Of a DNA stretch of 64,000 nucleotides, positions 61,414 to 64,000 are shown piece by piece. The notes beneath the pieces are model-generated. The model had not been told where the DNA came from and ran no database searches. It saw only the letters and a list, made by a program, of their open reading frames with translations. The translations under genes and the position numbers were made by a program. Source of the DNA: Spizellomyces punctatus DAOM BR117. Lineage: Eukaryota. How positions within the stretch are numbered: the first letter of the stretch is position 1; every line of letters begins with the position of its first letter. Location: assembly GCA_000182565.2 (NCBI GenBank), contig KQ257452.1. One strand, written 5' to 3'.

Positions 61414-62214
61414 TTTGTTTTTGTTTTGTTGTGGGGTTGGATGAGGTTTTATTCAATCGAATACCGCTCTTTGGATTTTTATTTTTCTCTTACTTGGTTT
61501 TTTCCATTTTTGTCGGTTGGTATTTTCGATTGACTGGAAAATAGTGGTGCATCAATGCGCAATGGTAATTGTTTAGGTCCCCGCTTGTGTCTTGGATCTC
61601 GTTGTTGTTTTGTGCTCCGTCTTCTGAACAGAGAATAATCTGATGCGGCCGTGTTTGCGTGGTTTCCTCTGTGGCTGAACGCATTACAAGAAGCAATGAT
61701 TAGGGCAGACTGAACCAAGTTTTAGAAAACGCATTTGGTCTGGATATCTTGCTTCATTGCATTCGTATGGGGAACCATGTCGAGCGTCAATATTCGTCCA
61801 ATTATAGATGGAATCTAATTCCTGTGTGCTTCCCACTTTTGGTTGCATGCCCGAAGGGGGTTTCTCTGCTGCCGTAATACGGCCCTTGCCCACCTCCAAA
61901 CACTCACTGTCTAGGTACACCCGTCTCATCATCAACATCTCAAAACAACACAAAAAGATGCAAAAGATCCACAGACTCAAGAAACTTAATTTTATTAAGT
62001 CCGCTACCTAAATCGCTCAAACAAACACTTTCACGGCTGAAACATTCCCGCGCATCCAAATAAAAGACTACCCTAGAGAAAAAAAAAACAAACGCAAACC
62101 CTCACAGTCTAAAGCAAAACAAATGGCTGTGATCAAACCGTTTCCCTTTACGGCCCAACCACATGGGTATGACGAGAGTCCCTGGAACCCATGCACAATT
62201 CATTGCGAGAAAGT

Positions 62215-64000
62215 TTATTTCTTCAGCAAGCCTTCCAATTGAGCTTCAAGTTGACGTATCCGTGCATCGCGTTGTGAAAGCTGGTTTTTAAGGTCATCAT
62301 TGTCCTTTCGCAAGGTGTGGTACGCGTCTTGGTACTATTTTAAATTCGACATGTTATCAGTTAGATTTCAAAGTAGGAAGGCATATTGAAAGCAAACATC
62401 GCTATCCTGTACCTCCTTTTCTGTCGATGGGAGCTTCTCGGCGCCCGCCTCCACTACAGGAGCAGTTGTTACAAACTCCTTGGCGGGTGCAGCAGTGAAC
62501 CCGGTCTCCAAGCTGATAAGCTTGGGCTGCGCGGTTTTGCCGGCAAAGAACTCATCAACGGTCAAGGCGGGCTCCGGACCAATGGTTTCTGGGTACAGGT
62601 CCGTTTGGAAGGCGTCCGACTAAGTTCAGATCTCGAATTAGAAAAGAAATAGTATGTAACGATGCCAGGAGCAGTCTTGTACCTTACGGGGGACTTTGAA
62701 AGAAATGGGCTCAACAAGAGTGGGATGAACTTTGTACGCACGTGCAATCTCCGTTTCATTGACAGATACAGCACGCTTGGGTAAGAATCCGATGCCACGT
62801 TGAGGTTCAGCTGATTTGTACTCGGAAAGGAAGTAAAGACCCTTTTCATCATCCACCCATTCGTAGTAGCGGATGTTTCCATCACCCTAGTGGAGGACTT
62901 AAATTGTAACTAACTCCTTCTGCAATGGTCTTCAAAATCACGTCATACCTTGCCCGCCAGGTACAGCATGCTCGTGTCACCATCGTAGTAAGGCATCAAC
63001 ATGCTAGCGGCGACATGCGATTTCAGTCCCGGATCAAGCATAAATAGGACAAAATGGCAATACTTTACCCAGAAGCCGTGTCAATGGTCTCCTGTTTAAG
63101 GGGCTCGGCCAAGTTGTTCGAATCGTAAATGAAAACTTGACGATCACTGGTTCTGCTGAAGCCCGTAGTGCAAATACGGTTGCTGTTGCCCATCCACGTC
63201 ACGCGAGCACCTTTGACACCTTGGTGTCCATTGGTTTCCTACTCAATGAAATGCAACTAATTAGCCCACCGGCTATTGACGGCATGCCATCCAATCTCAC
63301 GATAATACCTGGACGACTTTGTTAGCCCGAACATCAAACACTCGGAGTTTCTTGTCCTTGCACGTTGTGACCAGCAAGGTACCGTCGTAGTTCCAAGACA
63401 ATGCTTGGATAATCTCGGTGTGGCCAGTAAGCTCTTGTTTTTCCGCTCCTTTAGAGATATCCCAGAGTTTGATCGTGAAATCCGCACTAGAACTGGCAAG
63501 AAGGTTGTCCGCGGTGGGGTGGAAGAGGACATGGCCGACCTTAACGAAGCATGACGTGTTTAGGTAAGGATTTCTTCAAAAGTTTTTACGCGAATAATCA
63601 CCTTCCGCCCGTGTCCAGTCAAAGTCAGAGCTGGAGTGGAAATGCTCTCAGTCGGGCCTCCCTCAGGAATCGTCCAAACCATAACCTGCATGCATGTTCA
63701 GCACAATGTTACAAAACCGGTGAATTGATCACGCTCTTCGGACCTTGGTATCTTCGGACGCAGATGCGACAACATGGTCATTAAAAGGGTTGAAATCGGT
63801 GTCAAGCACAGCAGCAGTGTGACCGTTGTATACTGGAAGTGTTTCGGGTAACTTTCCGGTGGTTCCATGTGGAATGACCGCAAATGCACCACCTATACGC
63901 ATACCGGCGAGTTAGCACGCCGCCACTTGTTCTCCGTATCATTTCATTTCACAGCGGTCCTAATGTAGGGTGAACGAACCTCCTCCCGCTTCCAAGTTTA
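62215..64000 (-). CDS. CRN1: Coronin (3' part; 5' end lies outside the window)
   Basis: GHGRKVGHVLFHPTADNLLAS, SGMLMPYYDGDTSMLYLAGK, PQRGIGFLPKR, PISFKVPRKSDAFQTDLYP and a C-terminal coiled coil. Confidence 0.95.

Overview
Eukaryotic genomic DNA with short GT-AG introns, most likely from an early-diverging fungus such as a chytrid (inferred from the velvet, VAMP7 and TTC36 genes plus intron style). It carries about 20 conventional genes: the 5' part of ACC1, PA2G4/Ebp1, a Het-C/VWA7-like secreted protein, a Caf120/Skg3-like PH protein, velvet, USP, SET-like, PLAC8, GATA and C2H2 transcription factors, MET1, an aldehyde dehydrogenase, VAMP7, TTC36, UBE2C, a multi-RRM protein, the 3' part of coronin, and tRNA-Leu(CAG). 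An accessory, ORF-poor interval lies at about 40.9-50 kb. The most striking unexplained feature is at 40.9-42.6 kb: two divergent, homologous TATA-driven non-coding units. The left one is a tandem array of UUCG-capped kink-turn hairpins with compensatory base changes. The right one carries the same k-turn in permuted orientation and shares the promoter and 3' trailer. Also notable are an inverted pair of small intron-containing genes that conserve only a 5' leader and the peptide MRxxLWCRGPRPPD, and a probable type II dehydroquinase pseudoenzyme. Exon boundaries were read by eye and no database searches or folding programs were run.
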